Source: a virus (Duplodnaviria > Caudoviricetes). From it: a stretch of 64,000 nt of DNA. The stretch is from the IMG/VR virus record IMGVR_UViG_3300050821_004803, positions 1,113 through 65,112 of that record, one strand, 5' to 3'. How positions within the stretch are numbered: the first letter of the stretch is position 1; every line of letters starts with the position of its first letter. The translations under genes and the position numbers were made by a program. The notes under the pieces were generated by a model. The model was not told where the DNA came from. It ran no database searches and saw nothing but the letters and a program-made list of their open reading frames with translations. Below are positions 24,911 to 35,604 of the stretch, piece after piece.

Positions 24911-27900
24911 TTATTTAAGTGTATCACTGTAAGACTGTATCTCGTTTAGTTTATCTTCCTGTTCCTTGCCGCTTAACTCCTTTGAAATTCTGGAGACAAC
25001 GACGGGGAGCAGGGTTTTCTTTTCTTCAGGAGAGGCAACTTTCCAAATATTCCACAGTTGTTCCGGATCGCGAACCTCGTTGACCCACGTAAGTAGCTGG
25101 GGTTTACTGAGACTGTCATAAAGATGTTTAATTGCGCCGGGTTGAATTTTGCCCGCTTCTACGGCAGCTTGAATTTGGTCTGGAGTAACCTGTCCCGAGG
25201 CAACTTTGTTTCGCAACTCCACAAACTGCCGTTGTCTATCTAACATTGCAGGAGACTGTCCTCCCGTTGCTTTGGTGTTTAGATAGTAGGAATAGGCCAA
25301 ATTTTCTGCTGAAGTTCGGCCCACCCAGCGAGGTGCCGGAAGAATACCTGCAAAAGATTCCCAGTTGGAACTCTGGTTACGTAACTTAGACTCTTGGAGA
25401 TTTCCAAATGAAAATGGAACAAACTGATGAGCCATATAAGCTAAGGTACTCGCCGCCTGAGCTGCTGGAGAACTCCCCGGATCGCGTATGGTTTTGTGAT
25501 AATAGTCCTGATTCAGGACTATATCAGCAAGGGTACTTATATCGGGGGCGGCTTTGTGTTCGATTGTATGAAAGGGGTCGTGGTATAGATTTACAAAGTC
25601 ATATACGTAGGTTTTTGGGTATACCCGATTATCCTCTCCCTGAACCGTCTTAGTGCCATCTTTAGGAAAGAAGAAGTCTACACCTTGAGCCATCTGGCCG
25701 GTATGCATGTAGTGGTAGATAGCGTTTACTGTCATCGTGCCCAGCACCATAGCACCTGTGTAGGCGGTACGATTAGAAACATTAAACCCTTTACCCTTCG
25801 ACGCATCGCTAACGGATTTCGCCAAGTCAAGCATTCCTCCACCGACTTCGCGAATAGTCCCAATGTTCCAACCAGGGCTACGAACAGCTAGAGTGGCCAA
25901 ATCCTGAACAGTTTTATTCATAAACATGTTCTGATAGCTAACCTGTCCAAAACGATTATCTACAGAGTCCCATGCCTTTTGCATCTCTCGGTTTATAACT
26001 TCTGCGGGCTGTCCTTCATATTGCTCGTGTATTTGTTGGGACATTTTGTAGAAAGCCCCAAGCTTCACTCTGGGAACAAAGTAATTCATCAAAGGCCATG
26101 CCGTTGTCTCAACTCCAGCTCGTAGAAGATCAAGCGAAGCCTTCACCCCTGCTACGGCTCTGGTTGAAGGTGGAAGCAGAGCGTCTCCAGCTAGCTCGTA
26201 GTTTTTACGGAAGCGATCCATTGTCGCAAGATGGAACTTTGGATCTTGAAGGACATTCGCCCGAGCCGCCTCTAAATCGTTCGCAAGCTGTGCATACTCA
26301 AGAGATTTTGTACTTCCCGGATCGCGATACTCCAGCAGACCCTTAGTGCCATTCCAAACATCTTCGGCAGCGGGAATAATAAAGCTTCCACCCTTGATAC
26401 CGTCAAGAATGCCTTTGGCAAACATAGGAGCGTCGCCGATTTTTATTCCTTGCAAGCTACGACGAAGACCAACAGCCATCGTAGTAAAGCCTGAATTAAG
26501 AATTGTTTCAACTCCGTGAAAAGCCGAGAGTCCCAACTGAAATTGATTAGCCAAACTATTGGTTGATTTTAAGGCATCAAACAAAGAGAAATTGGTATAC
26601 GGAACTTTCCACTTACCACGAAGACCTTGGCTTATAAAATTATTAAACTGTCGTGCGGCAGCGGGCGGTGCCCAGTAGGAACCCCCACCGATATTGCTAA
26701 ACAGTTTATCATCTAACTTCTCCCAACCCGTAGGAGGAGTTTCCTCACCTTGGTAGAAGTGAACTATACCACCGTCAATCATCGCATTCTTATATTCGTG
26801 AGCCATCGAATACCGATTCATTTGTTCGGTAATCATCATTGCAGCGCGAATAGGATTCGTTGTAGTCGGCTGTAGTCCAGCCTTTAAAGCGTCACTGTAG
26901 TATTCATACATCTTCTGCTTTAGAAAGTTAGTGTCGCCTTGGAAGTTACGATTACCAACCCAGCTATCGGAGAAGGACTTCCCCTTTGCTTGATTCTCCC
27001 ACAGACCCGGCATGTAGTTGACGAAAAAGTTCTGGAGGTTCCCGCTGGTAGCTGTGACCCTTTCACGAGCGGCATCCATAACGGTACGGAGTCTCGATGC
27101 TACCTCGTTGGGGTCCAATACCGGACCGTTTTTCGCCTCCCACTTTGCGACGTAATCGGAATCTATGGGATGGAAAGCGTCCGACGACTGGGCCAACCCT
27201 CGGGTCATGTTATCCCAGAAATGGTCCTGGTCGTGGATAGGAAGCTCGTTCATAAACCGCTCCAAATGATCGAAGCCTTGTCTAATAATGGCGTTATCCC
27301 TATCCATTTTGCCTCCGACCTCACGGAGAGTGCGTCCAGAAAATTCACGCACCTGCGCATCCAGCCCTTTGCCGGTCCAGTTTTTCCACATGTCAACAAG
27401 AGAGTCATGAAGATTATCAGATCGGCCTACGGCAGCCTTGAGGGAGTTGACACGCTCCAATAACTCATTATGGGCTTCAAGCTGTCGTTGATAAATGTCG
27501 GGATCAGTAGAGAAGGGAACTGTGGCATCAATACGATCTTGGAGGCTGTCAGCCCACAAACCAGCTTTCTTTTTAATCAACTCACTCTGAGACATCGCTT
27601 CCCAACGAGTTAACTGGTTGTGAGCTACGTCCTGATTAATAGCCAAGGCTTGTTCGGGCGTATAAGGACGCTGCGGTTTGCCGTACGCTAAACCAAGTCC
27701 ACCACTCTTATCGGGTTTAATTTCCTGAGATCGCACCGCATCAATTCCCTTAGCCAAAGAGAAATCATCTTCAGCATATTTGGATTTAGCAAATATTTCC
27801 AGAGCGTTCTTATAGAACTTCTGACGCTGACCAACCGGCACAGCTTCAGCCACACTCTTCTGGATTAGATCAATCTTCGGACCAACATTTAGATACTTCT

Positions 27901-30505
27901 GGAGTAGTTCATCCTCCAAACCGGTTGTTCTTATCCCCTCGTACGGGGTCGGCCTCCGGGTGGGAGGCTTGGTTGTGGTCTCCTTGGTCGCACCGGCTGT
28001 CGTAGAGGATTCTTTACCTGCGGAGGTTTTGCCCTCTGCGCCGGTCGTGGCTTCAGTCGATTTCTCACCAAACAACTCCTGCGGCAATAGCCGCTTGACA
28101 CTGGGCGACAGGGCATCTAACTGAGCACGTAACCCAGACGAAACCCCTCCAGCTTTTTCAATTTCACCAATCAAACCTTTGGCGGCTCCAAGTGTCTTTG
28201 CTTGAAAGCTATCAAGGGCTTTTTGTTTTAACGAACGTTCAAATTCTGCAACATCACTTCCGGCTTTGGCGCTGGTGTCAATATCCCCAACAGACATACC
28301 GTGAGGATTGGATTCGGGTGTACCAATCAAATCCGTAAGCTGGGCTTGCGACGGCGAATTCTCCGGTTCACTTCCTCTCTTCATTGCTTCTAGCTGGGCT
28401 AAATCTTCCGATGGTACGTGAGGAGAACTCTTGCTAGTACGCAAGAAAAGATCGCGAGGTTGTTTACCAAGCGCTGCCGTCAGATTCTTCAAATTGATGG
28501 GAGCGATGTCACTACCCAATGCTTTCGGAGCAAAAGGTGCCTCTGGATGCTCAGCAGGAAGATCAACTGGACCTGGATACTTTAAATACGGCTCATTCTC
28601 CGGTTGTGTAAGACGAAAGGATTTTCCACTTTGGATGACATCATTAAGACGATTTTTGAAAGACTCGGAGATATTAGGATCGTTAATGAGTTCCAAAGCC
28701 CGGACTTGGGATTTATAAAGACTATCTTCTTCCTCCTCCGGAGTGGTTCTTCCACCGTTAGGAAGCCTACCTCCTTCTGTCCGGAGTCGATCTGCTTGCG
28801 CATCAGAGAAGATTTGCAGCTGAGGTTCTGTCCCAAGTGTAGCTCCGCGACGCTGTTCCAAACGGGACATTTGATCCGGCGTGAGGTTCTTGCCAACGTC
28901 TTCGCCACCCAGAATCTTACTAACCTGTGCAGCTACATTTGTCGGGATTGCACCATCTGGATCGCGAGTCTCCCGCATGGCAATATCAATGGCGTGGGAA
29001 GCCTGCTCCCCAGTACGAAGTTGGGCGGTGCGGATAAGCTGCCCTAACATGGGACGCAACTTATCTTCAAGTTCTGGAGAACCTGTTGAGAGGGGTTTGG
29101 CCTGGGGCTTACCTAAGTTCGCGACCGGACTCTCTTCTAGAGGGGTTTCTGTTGTAGGAAGTTTGACTTCCTCAATTCCTTTGGCGGGTTCTGCCGGGAT
29201 AACAACTTTATCGACCAGAATTTGGGCTTTTGCCTTTGCTATAACTGCCCTAGAATCAACAAGTTTTGAGGACGGTTTTTCTGCTGTTTTAGGCAAAACG
29301 TTCTCAGTGGCCGCAGGAGGCGTCGCTGCGACTTCGATGGGGGGTTGGGCCTCCGCTTTAGCCTCGGGAGCAGCAGGGGGCGCTACCGCCTCAGTGCTGG
29401 GCATCTCACCGACGATTTGATTGCTGAGATAGTGGCCTGGGGCAGAAGTTGCCCGACCCCCGGAGATGGTAGATAGTTCCACCGGAACTTTACCTTCGGT
29501 GGGAGTCTCGCTCACCTTAGTGTCAACTGTGGGATTGCCGTTAGCATCTTCGAAGTTCTGATACTCAAACCCAGCAACCTTCGGGTTTGTGTTGGCGAGC
29601 TTCATTTCTCCGTTACGTATAATAACACGCTTCCCCGGAAGCGGAGTTTGATTCCATTTATGGAGGGCATCTGCCATTGCCGGATCAACATGAACAATTT
29701 TTGAAACCGAAGGACCGGCAGGAGTCCCAAGAGCCTGGGCCTTCCGTGTCTGTGCATCCGGGATTGTTGAGGCTGAAGGACTTGGAGATGTTGGTGAGGA
29801 TTCTGAAGGGGGAGACAACTTATTCTCTTGAAGAGATTTCGCCTCCCCAGCAGCCCCACCAAGAACCATAGCCCCGCCTTGTGCAAGACGTTGACCGTAT
29901 TCGAGATTAGATTCTTCTGGTTTCTTTGGTGTTACAACATCTACAGCACCAGATGCAGCAAAAGCACCACCCGTTAAAGCACCAACCCCCTGGGCCACCT
30001 TACCAACAGCTCCCGGAAGTGCTCCAGCACCGCCAGTTGCGGCTAAACCCACAGATAGCGGCGTGAGTAGTATCTTTGCAGCATCCGCTCCAAAACCTTC
30101 TAGGCCCTTACGAACTGCGGTTAGGGCGGGATGGTTTGCATCTTCCAACGACGGAGCGGATTCAGAGTCAGCTTTCTGTTGCGCTATTGTTTCACGAAGA
30201 TGACCAATGTTGAGTGGTTTATTAGCCCACCCCCATAGACGCGAAAATGCGTCCGGCTGGGGGGTAGCCGGTGTTTGTGTTGGAGGGGTTACAGCCTGGG
30301 GGGGTTTATAAACCCCAAGTTGTTTGTTGCCATACTTAGCATCCCACAAATCCGCCTTAGCGTCGTCGGGAATGCCGAGTTTTCCAACCCGTTGTTGGAA
30401 GTCGTTTTGGTCTTTCGCTCCGTTGAACGCATCCCACGCATCTGCGCGAGTGCTATCTTCGGTAGGCAGGGACTTTAGATAGCCCTGAAGATCATTGTCC
30501 GGCAT
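24911..30505 (-). CDS. large internal virion/DNA ejection protein
   Basis: 1864 aa, mostly helical, last gene of the podovirus-like structural operon. Confidence 0.75.
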   Translation of the reverse strand: MPDNDLQGYLKSLPTEDSTRADAWDAFNGAKDQNDFQQRVGKLGIPDDAKADLWDAKYGNKQLGVYKPPQAVTPPTQTPATPQPDAFSRLWGWANKPLNIGHLRETIAQQKADSESAPSLEDANHPALTAVRKGLEGFGADAAKILLTPLSVGLAATGGAGALPGAVGKVAQGVGALTGGAFAASGAVDVVTPKKPEESNLEYGQRLAQGGAMVLGGAAGEAKSLQENKLSPPSESSPTSPSPSASTIPDAQTRKAQALGTPAGPSVSKIVHVDPAMADALHKWNQTPLPGKRVIIRNGEMKLANTNPKVAGFEYQNFEDANGNPTVDTKVSETPTEGKVPVELSTISGGRATSAPGHYLSNQIVGEMPSTEAVAPPAAPEAKAEAQPPIEVAATPPAATENVLPKTAEKPSSKLVDSRAVIAKAKAQILVDKVVIPAEPAKGIEEVKLPTTETPLEESPVANLGKPQAKPLSTGSPELEDKLRPMLGQLIRTAQLRTGEQASHAIDIAMRETRDPDGAIPTNVAAQVSKILGGEDVGKNLTPDQMSRLEQRRGATLGTEPQLQIFSDAQADRLRTEGGRLPNGGRTTPEEEEDSLYKSQVRALELINDPNISESFKNRLNDVIQSGKSFRLTQPENEPYLKYPGPVDLPAEHPEAPFAPKALGSDIAPINLKNLTAALGKQPRDLFLRTSKSSPHVPSEDLAQLEAMKRGSEPENSPSQAQLTDLIGTPESNPHGMSVGDIDTSAKAGSDVAEFERSLKQKALDSFQAKTLGAAKGLIGEIEKAGGVSSGLRAQLDALSPSVKRLLPQELFGEKSTEATTGAEGKTSAGKESSTTAGATKETTTKPPTRRPTPYEGIRTTGLEDELLQKYLNVGPKIDLIQKSVAEAVPVGQRQKFYKNALEIFAKSKYAEDDFSLAKGIDAVRSQEIKPDKSGGLGLAYGKPQRPYTPEQALAINQDVAHNQLTRWEAMSQSELIKKKAGLWADSLQDRIDATVPFSTDPDIYQRQLEAHNELLERVNSLKAAVGRSDNLHDSLVDMWKNWTGKGLDAQVREFSGRTLREVGGKMDRDNAIIRQGFDHLERFMNELPIHDQDHFWDNMTRGLAQSSDAFHPIDSDYVAKWEAKNGPVLDPNEVASRLRTVMDAARERVTATSGNLQNFFVNYMPGLWENQAKGKSFSDSWVGNRNFQGDTNFLKQKMYEYYSDALKAGLQPTTTNPIRAAMMITEQMNRYSMAHEYKNAMIDGGIVHFYQGEETPPTGWEKLDDKLFSNIGGGSYWAPPAAARQFNNFISQGLRGKWKVPYTNFSLFDALKSTNSLANQFQLGLSAFHGVETILNSGFTTMAVGLRRSLQGIKIGDAPMFAKGILDGIKGGSFIIPAAEDVWNGTKGLLEYRDPGSTKSLEYAQLANDLEAARANVLQDPKFHLATMDRFRKNYELAGDALLPPSTRAVAGVKASLDLLRAGVETTAWPLMNYFVPRVKLGAFYKMSQQIHEQYEGQPAEVINREMQKAWDSVDNRFGQVSYQNMFMNKTVQDLATLAVRSPGWNIGTIREVGGGMLDLAKSVSDASKGKGFNVSNRTAYTGAMVLGTMTVNAIYHYMHTGQMAQGVDFFFPKDGTKTVQGEDNRVYPKTYVYDFVNLYHDPFHTIEHKAAPDISTLADIVLNQDYYHKTIRDPGSSPAAQAASTLAYMAHQFVPFSFGNLQESKLRNQSSNWESFAGILPAPRWVGRTSAENLAYSYYLNTKATGGQSPAMLDRQRQFVELRNKVASGQVTPDQIQAAVEAGKIQPGAIKHLYDSLSKPQLLTWVNEVRDPEQLWNIWKVASPEEKKTLLPVVVSRISKELSGKEQEDKLNEIQSYSDTLK

Positions 30506-30511
30506 GAGTCC

Positions 30512-31813
30512 TTAGTGTCTGAAGGGGTTACTGTTGGTTTGCGGTGTTGACGGTTGGGCTTGTGGAGTTCCGCCCCCGGTAATTGCTTGTCTTCCTGCCC
30601 GAACTGTTTCCAATTTGGTTTGAAGCTCCGATAGATAAGCTTTATGTTTGGCAGAGCCGGGGACCAATAAGTCACCTTTTTCGTTATACTGAACGCCGCC
30701 TTTTTGTGAGGAGGCTATTTGCTTATTAATTTGGGCTTCCTGTCGGTCGAGTTCCCTGAGTTGATAGGTTTGCTGAGGAGTTAGCTTAGGGGTCGAACTC
30801 CCAGTACCACCCGAACCAATGTGTATAGAAGTTGAGGGAATAGCCTTAACACTGCGAGCACCCGAAGATTTGGCATTAGAAACTCCTGTTAACCACTGAG
30901 TCTCAACATGTTGTCTTTCTTCGGGGGTTATTTGAGAGGCATCGCCATGATGAAGAGTTGTAAGAGCTTCCTCAGCTTTGTTGAAGTACGCAGCTTTATT
31001 AACGGCTTCGGGATCTTCTCCTAAAGACGGATCAACAGTCCACTTTAACTTACCTGGATTATCCGGATCTTCTTCAGCAACAAGCTGTTGACCGAGGGCA
31101 TTCTTTCTAGGAGGAATCGCGCTTAGTCGCTCCGCCCTAGTCTGGGCGTTAGTCCCCGCAACCTTTGCCATAGCTTCGTGGTAATTACTAAGGGACTGAG
31201 CTGAGGTATGCGCATCAGCATCCTTCTGAAGCTGTGCAACCATTCCGGCCTGTTGGAAGGGGGCCGTTAATTGGTTGTTCTGCTGTTGCGCAGATGCGGT
31301 ATCACTTTCCTGTATACCCCTTACCCCTCCTACCAGACTTTGTAGGAAATTCATACCAGGATGACTATATGCCAAGCCCCGAAGACCGTGCTCCAATAAT
31401 CCAGAAAGTACGGGATGCTTTACAAACGCTTCAGGATTATGTACGAACAAGTTTGAGTCAGGAGGAGTATCTGTCGGGTGGACTCCGTATTGGCCGAGTA
31501 ATTTCTGTACTTCAGGCGATTCAAAGGTCGCTTGGTCCATCACGCCAGGAGCCACAGACGGCAAACCAGACCCAGGCCCAACCCCTCTCTGGCCTCCTGG
31601 GTTCTCGTTGCGTGGGATATATGGACGATTGCGGTACTCAGGGATATTGGGTTTACTCGCCCCGGGTTTCATTGGTGTGGACGCACCTGGAGCAGCACCG
31701 CCAATCCCCGGATCACCGTAACCATCAGGAGGGGAACCAGCAGCAGCAAATACACCTCCAAGCCCAAGTTGAGCACCAAGCGCGCTAATTATTGGATTAT
31801 CGATAAATCCCAT
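30512..31813 (-). CDS. internal virion/ejection protein
   Basis: Gly/Gln/Pro-rich; TAATG coupling gives start 31813; position in operon. Confidence 0.65.
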   Translation of the reverse strand: MGFIDNPIISALGAQLGLGGVFAAAGSPPDGYGDPGIGGAAPGASTPMKPGASKPNIPEYRNRPYIPRNENPGGQRGVGPGSGLPSVAPGVMDQATFESPEVQKLLGQYGVHPTDTPPDSNLFVHNPEAFVKHPVLSGLLEHGLRGLAYSHPGMNFLQSLVGGVRGIQESDTASAQQQNNQLTAPFQQAGMVAQLQKDADAHTSAQSLSNYHEAMAKVAGTNAQTRAERLSAIPPRKNALGQQLVAEEDPDNPGKLKWTVDPSLGEDPEAVNKAAYFNKAEEALTTLHHGDASQITPEERQHVETQWLTGVSNAKSSGARSVKAIPSTSIHIGSGGTGSSTPKLTPQQTYQLRELDRQEAQINKQIASSQKGGVQYNEKGDLLVPGSAKHKAYLSELQTKLETVRAGRQAITGGGTPQAQPSTPQTNSNPFRH

Positions 31814-32388
31814 TAGAACTGAACTCCTCCACCAGACCAACCACCAGTTCCACCACCGCCTCCACCATATCCACCGGAGAAGCTCCCACCACCGAGCATA
31901 CTTCCAAGACCGGGCATGGCGAGATTAAGACCCACTCCAGCAATTTGACCAAGGATGCTTCCAAGACCTTGACTTTGGGTCTGTACGGTATTTTGTCCCG
32001 TTTGTAAAGGCTGATACGCCTGCATTGAACTAAGCGCCCACTGGCGATTTTGTAGAGCGCTGTTGAGTGTACTGTTGAAAGCGTTACTTTGAAGTTGGGA
32101 ACCCTGACCCGCTGTACGGTTGATCTGGGATTGCAGGAAACCACCCGAGTTACCAAGTAAACCACCGCCCGTACGCAAATTGCTTGTTACGTTCGACATA
32201 TTACGCTGTGTAATAGCACTGGCGTTGTTTTGCGCCATTCCCAGTTGATTCTGGAAAAATGAACTAGCTAAGGGGTTTTGAGCATAGTTATTCAATCCGG
32301 ATGCCAACGTCGGTTGGAAAGAATTATAGTTTGCCATCCCCGCCGGGTTATACTGGTTAGCCGTATTGGTGGTAGTTTTACTGGACAT
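31813..32388 (-). CDS. small ejection/pilot protein (P22 gp7-like position)
   Basis: MSSKTTTNT start, Asn/Gln-rich, Gly-rich hydrophobic C-terminus. Confidence 0.65.
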   Translation of the reverse strand: MSSKTTTNTANQYNPAGMANYNSFQPTLASGLNNYAQNPLASSFFQNQLGMAQNNASAITQRNMSNVTSNLRTGGGLLGNSGGFLQSQINRTAGQGSQLQSNAFNSTLNSALQNRQWALSSMQAYQPLQTGQNTVQTQSQGLGSILGQIAGVGLNLAMPGLGSMLGGGSFSGGYGGGGGGTGGWSGGGVQF

Positions 32389-32726
32389 TAAAGAACCTTC
32401 TTAAACCGAAGTTCCGGCTCTCGACTAGTCGGGGTAGCTCCCCAATGCTCAAGAACCTTTATATATTTTTCATCTGTAACGGGTACGTTGAAATAAATCT
32501 CCCGCACTCCTTGAAAGCGCAGAATACTTTCAAGATTCATAGCAAAGATTGAACGTCGCATGGAACTAGAGTCTTCTCCAAACCACATCGGATCAATCTC
32601 AGTACAGGTACGAATTACGGCAAAATCTTTTCCGCCGTATGTTAACACGTCGCTATTAGGGGTAATGTCGGAACGATCAGCAAATACTTCGATCTCTTCC
32701 GGTGTGGCTTTGCGAATAATATCCAT
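32388..32726 (-). CDS. GNAT-like virion assembly protein
   Basis: Sits between tail and ejection genes; IYFNV...VLEHWG...LRFKKVL. Confidence 0.5.
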   Translation of the reverse strand: MDIIRKATPEEIEVFADRSDITPNSDVLTYGGKDFAVIRTCTEIDPMWFGEDSSSMRRSIFAMNLESILRFQGVREIYFNVPVTDEKYIKVLEHWGATPTSREPELRFKKVL

Positions 32727-32744
32727 TTGTCCTTGTGAGAGGGG

Positions 32745-32993
32745 TTATGGCCTGGGTTTACGTGCGTAGGTAAAGTTTACTGGGGGGTTTTGATCCAACG
32801 CAATATCCAGTTTGTCTGCAATCTTTCCCAGACAGTTATTGATATATGGAATATGTATAAGAGCTAGATCACTAACAAAATGCTGGGTATTATCATAGTC
32901 CCGGAACCAGGTATACAAAACTCGAATTAATGCTGCACATAGAGCCAACGCTCCGAGGGCATAGTAGGCGTTAGTAATCCAGTCGTGAGTCAT
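32745..32993 (-). CDS. single-TM hypothetical protein
   Basis: N-terminal hydrophobic helix. Confidence 0.6.
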   Translation of the reverse strand: MTHDWITNAYYALGALALCAALIRVLYTWFRDYDNTQHFVSDLALIHIPYINNCLGKIADKLDIALDQNPPVNFTYARKPRP

Positions 32994-33169
32994 TTAAGTC
33001 CATTCGGTTTAACGAGAGTTGGATTCTTTGCCAGGAGGCTAGCTAGTGTTGCGGTAAGGGTTTTGATTTGGAGATCGTGTTGAGATAGCTGTTGTTCTTT
33101 ATCATCTGCCCATTTATTTACGAGATTCGTAGAAACAGGGTTGTTTATGTCGGTGAGTTTTAAAGGCAT
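32990..33169 (-). CDS. 59-aa hypothetical protein (not in ORF track)
   Basis: MPLKLTDINNPVST...; TAATG and ATGA coupling on both sides. Confidence 0.6.
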   Translation of the reverse strand: MPLKLTDINNPVSTNLVNKWADDKEQQLSQHDLQIKTLTATLASLLAKNPTLVKPNGLK

Positions 33170-35604
33170 TATACTCTCGTTTGTGGGAAGAATTCAAACT
33201 GGAATTGACGGAGAACCGTCTGGTTTATTGACAGTCCGGTAGAGCTGTTGGTAAAAAAACGCACTCTATGATAGCGCCCGAAAGTTCCGGTACCGGCTAA
33301 GAAAAATTTCTGGGTGTGCAGTGGGCCAATTACGATGGGACCCGTCTTTACTGGTGCCGGTGGGGAAAAGGCAAGATAGTCCAGATTGGCGGAGTTATTA
33401 GAAACCCACACAGAAACGTTCGTGTTTGGATCTTCTGTCCAAACCTCCATCTCGTTTAACACCACGCTGGTTGCGGTATCCATAAGGTTGATCCAGCTCG
33501 TTTCGACCGTCCACGGGATATCTGAAATTGGGTTAGAGAAAACAGCTACGTCATTGGTAGCATTTGGATCTAGATATTGCAAGGTGTTTTCTGCTGTAGA
33601 AGATACGGTGCCTTGAAATATCATATACATTCTTTGAACGCCGTTGACGAGGGTATACGAAAAAATGGGAATAGGAACCCCATTCAAATCACCCTCCAAC
33701 TGTCTATTCCAGCGATACCAACCGTTGGACTTCGTATCAAAAATCAAGAAGCTAGGAAATGATCCCGAAGTATTCTCTAAAGAGAATACCACAAAGCTAT
33801 AGGGTCCGTAGGAAATTGATTGAACGTGTGTGACCCCGTTTGTCGTAGCAATGATTAGGTTATTTATTGCTCGACCAACCTCGTTGTAGGTGTTGAAATC
33901 CGACAACATGACCTTGTGATCTGCGGTAACCCACATGTAACCAGCAGGAATGTTATCCTTGTATACAACTGTCCAAGTATCCTGAGATAGAACTCCCACA
34001 CCACGAAAAATCGTTTCGGGAATGGTGAAATTGGAAGAACTTGTTCCTAACAAACGATAAATGTTATTGGAAGTGCCTAGATATAAGGTAGTGCCATCCG
34101 ATAATAGAGCGTTAATTTCTTCAAGATCGTACGAAATATCCAGTACGTTATCGGCGGGCCAGGCTTCTTCCCATTTTGAAGTAATCAACCCTGTAGAAGT
34201 TGTGACCTCATCAATGCTCTTGCTGAAGTACAAACTCTTTCCATCGGTCATAAACAACCGTCCTTGGTGGACGATGGGTTTGTTTAAAGTGCTTAAAGGC
34301 GGGGTGTTATTGAAAATTCCAATTATATTTCCGTTAGAATCCACATCTACCCACAAATTGTTGGTAAGCAATGTAGGACCACTGGAAATTATGTTATTGT
34401 AGGTTTCCGGAACCACATCGTTAAAGCGCAGGGTGTAGTTACCCCCGCCCAACGTAAAGGCGGATAGAGCAAAGATATTTAATTGATACATATGGTCGAT
34501 GTCACCACCATCAGAAGTGGCCATAACAACAACAGTATCAACCTGCGGATCAACACTCCCACTTGGAATCGTTAAGAACAACTCAATTTGGTCGCAACCT
34601 TGATTAAGAATAGCGCTCGCAAATTCAGGATCACCGATTATGGTATTGGCTGATGTGGGATATTTAAAAGTAGCTTGACTGTAAATATAGTCGGAGGTGT
34701 GCCCAGTTACGCTATTCTGAAACGCTATACCGTAGGTTCGTCCAACGTTAAGCTGTATTGGACCCACCATAACGACAGCAATAACTTTTTGATAAGTCAA
34801 GGTGTCGGTTGAATCGGTTCCAATAATTGCTACTGCACTAGCTCCACCGCCCCCACCAGTAAAACTAACATTGGGTGGACTAGTATAGCTCCCACCGGAA
34901 GCGGTCATGATGATGTTATAAATACCCCCACCCATGCCACCAACAATCGGAGTTGTTGAACAAGTTGCAGCAGCTCCAGAACCCCCACCACCACTAAATA
35001 CAACTCCGGCAGATACGAAACCGTTTCCTATAGTAGCGGTTCCTGTAACATTCATAAAATCTTGGAAACCCACCGCAATCCCAGTTGGAGCTAAAAAACC
35101 CCAACGAGAGTTTGTATTAATTGCATTCTGGCTAAAATCAATCTTTTGAGGATTGTTTCCAAATACCCCATTAGCAGCATACAACCAATCTCGACTAACA
35201 GCAGCGTACAAGTCCCCAACATTAGAAAAAGGATTAAAACTAAAAGCGGGAGTTCCTACCTCATCAAAGATTGGAAAAATATTTTGTCCATCCGTTCCAA
35301 GGACGAGACGCATATCCACGCTACCACTGAAAGTCGCATCTGCTGCAACTGTGTAACCAAACATTCGTTGGAAGGTGTGGTTTGGGTTGAAGGTTCCTCC
35401 GGAAGTATTAAAGCCCCAGCGTCTTTGAAAAGCCCCCGATAATGTCGGCATAACATTCAACAAATCCACAAACGAAGACGGATTCATCGCCGTTGGATCG
35501 GTAAACTGATCTATCGTGGCACCGGAAAAACTACCAAAGGCGAGTCTTTCGAGTCGTCTTGGGTTGTACATTGAAAAGCCGGTGCTAACCTGGTTCTGAG
35601 CCAT
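33169..35604 (-). CDS. tail nozzle/DNA stabilization protein (tubular B/gp10-like)
   Basis: 811 aa beta-rich; HQGRLF...LYFS, LYLGT, GVGVLS propeller-like motifs; synteny. Confidence 0.75.
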   Translation of the reverse strand: MAQNQVSTGFSMYNPRRLERLAFGSFSGATIDQFTDPTAMNPSSFVDLLNVMPTLSGAFQRRWGFNTSGGTFNPNHTFQRMFGYTVAADATFSGSVDMRLVLGTDGQNIFPIFDEVGTPAFSFNPFSNVGDLYAAVSRDWLYAANGVFGNNPQKIDFSQNAINTNSRWGFLAPTGIAVGFQDFMNVTGTATIGNGFVSAGVVFSGGGGSGAAATCSTTPIVGGMGGGIYNIIMTASGGSYTSPPNVSFTGGGGGASAVAIIGTDSTDTLTYQKVIAVVMVGPIQLNVGRTYGIAFQNSVTGHTSDYIYSQATFKYPTSANTIIGDPEFASAILNQGCDQIELFLTIPSGSVDPQVDTVVVMATSDGGDIDHMYQLNIFALSAFTLGGGNYTLRFNDVVPETYNNIISSGPTLLTNNLWVDVDSNGNIIGIFNNTPPLSTLNKPIVHQGRLFMTDGKSLYFSKSIDEVTTSTGLITSKWEEAWPADNVLDISYDLEEINALLSDGTTLYLGTSNNIYRLLGTSSSNFTIPETIFRGVGVLSQDTWTVVYKDNIPAGYMWVTADHKVMLSDFNTYNEVGRAINNLIIATTNGVTHVQSISYGPYSFVVFSLENTSGSFPSFLIFDTKSNGWYRWNRQLEGDLNGVPIPIFSYTLVNGVQRMYMIFQGTVSSTAENTLQYLDPNATNDVAVFSNPISDIPWTVETSWINLMDTATSVVLNEMEVWTEDPNTNVSVWVSNNSANLDYLAFSPPAPVKTGPIVIGPLHTQKFFLAGTGTFGRYHRVRFFTNSSTGLSINQTVLRQFQFEFFPQTRV

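Noticed and set aside
25408-31788. Plus-strand ORFs antisense to the ejection genes (e.g. 26939-27463, 28881-29420, 31234-31788)
   Set aside because: Shadow ORFs of long minus-strand genes with no motifs or RBS support
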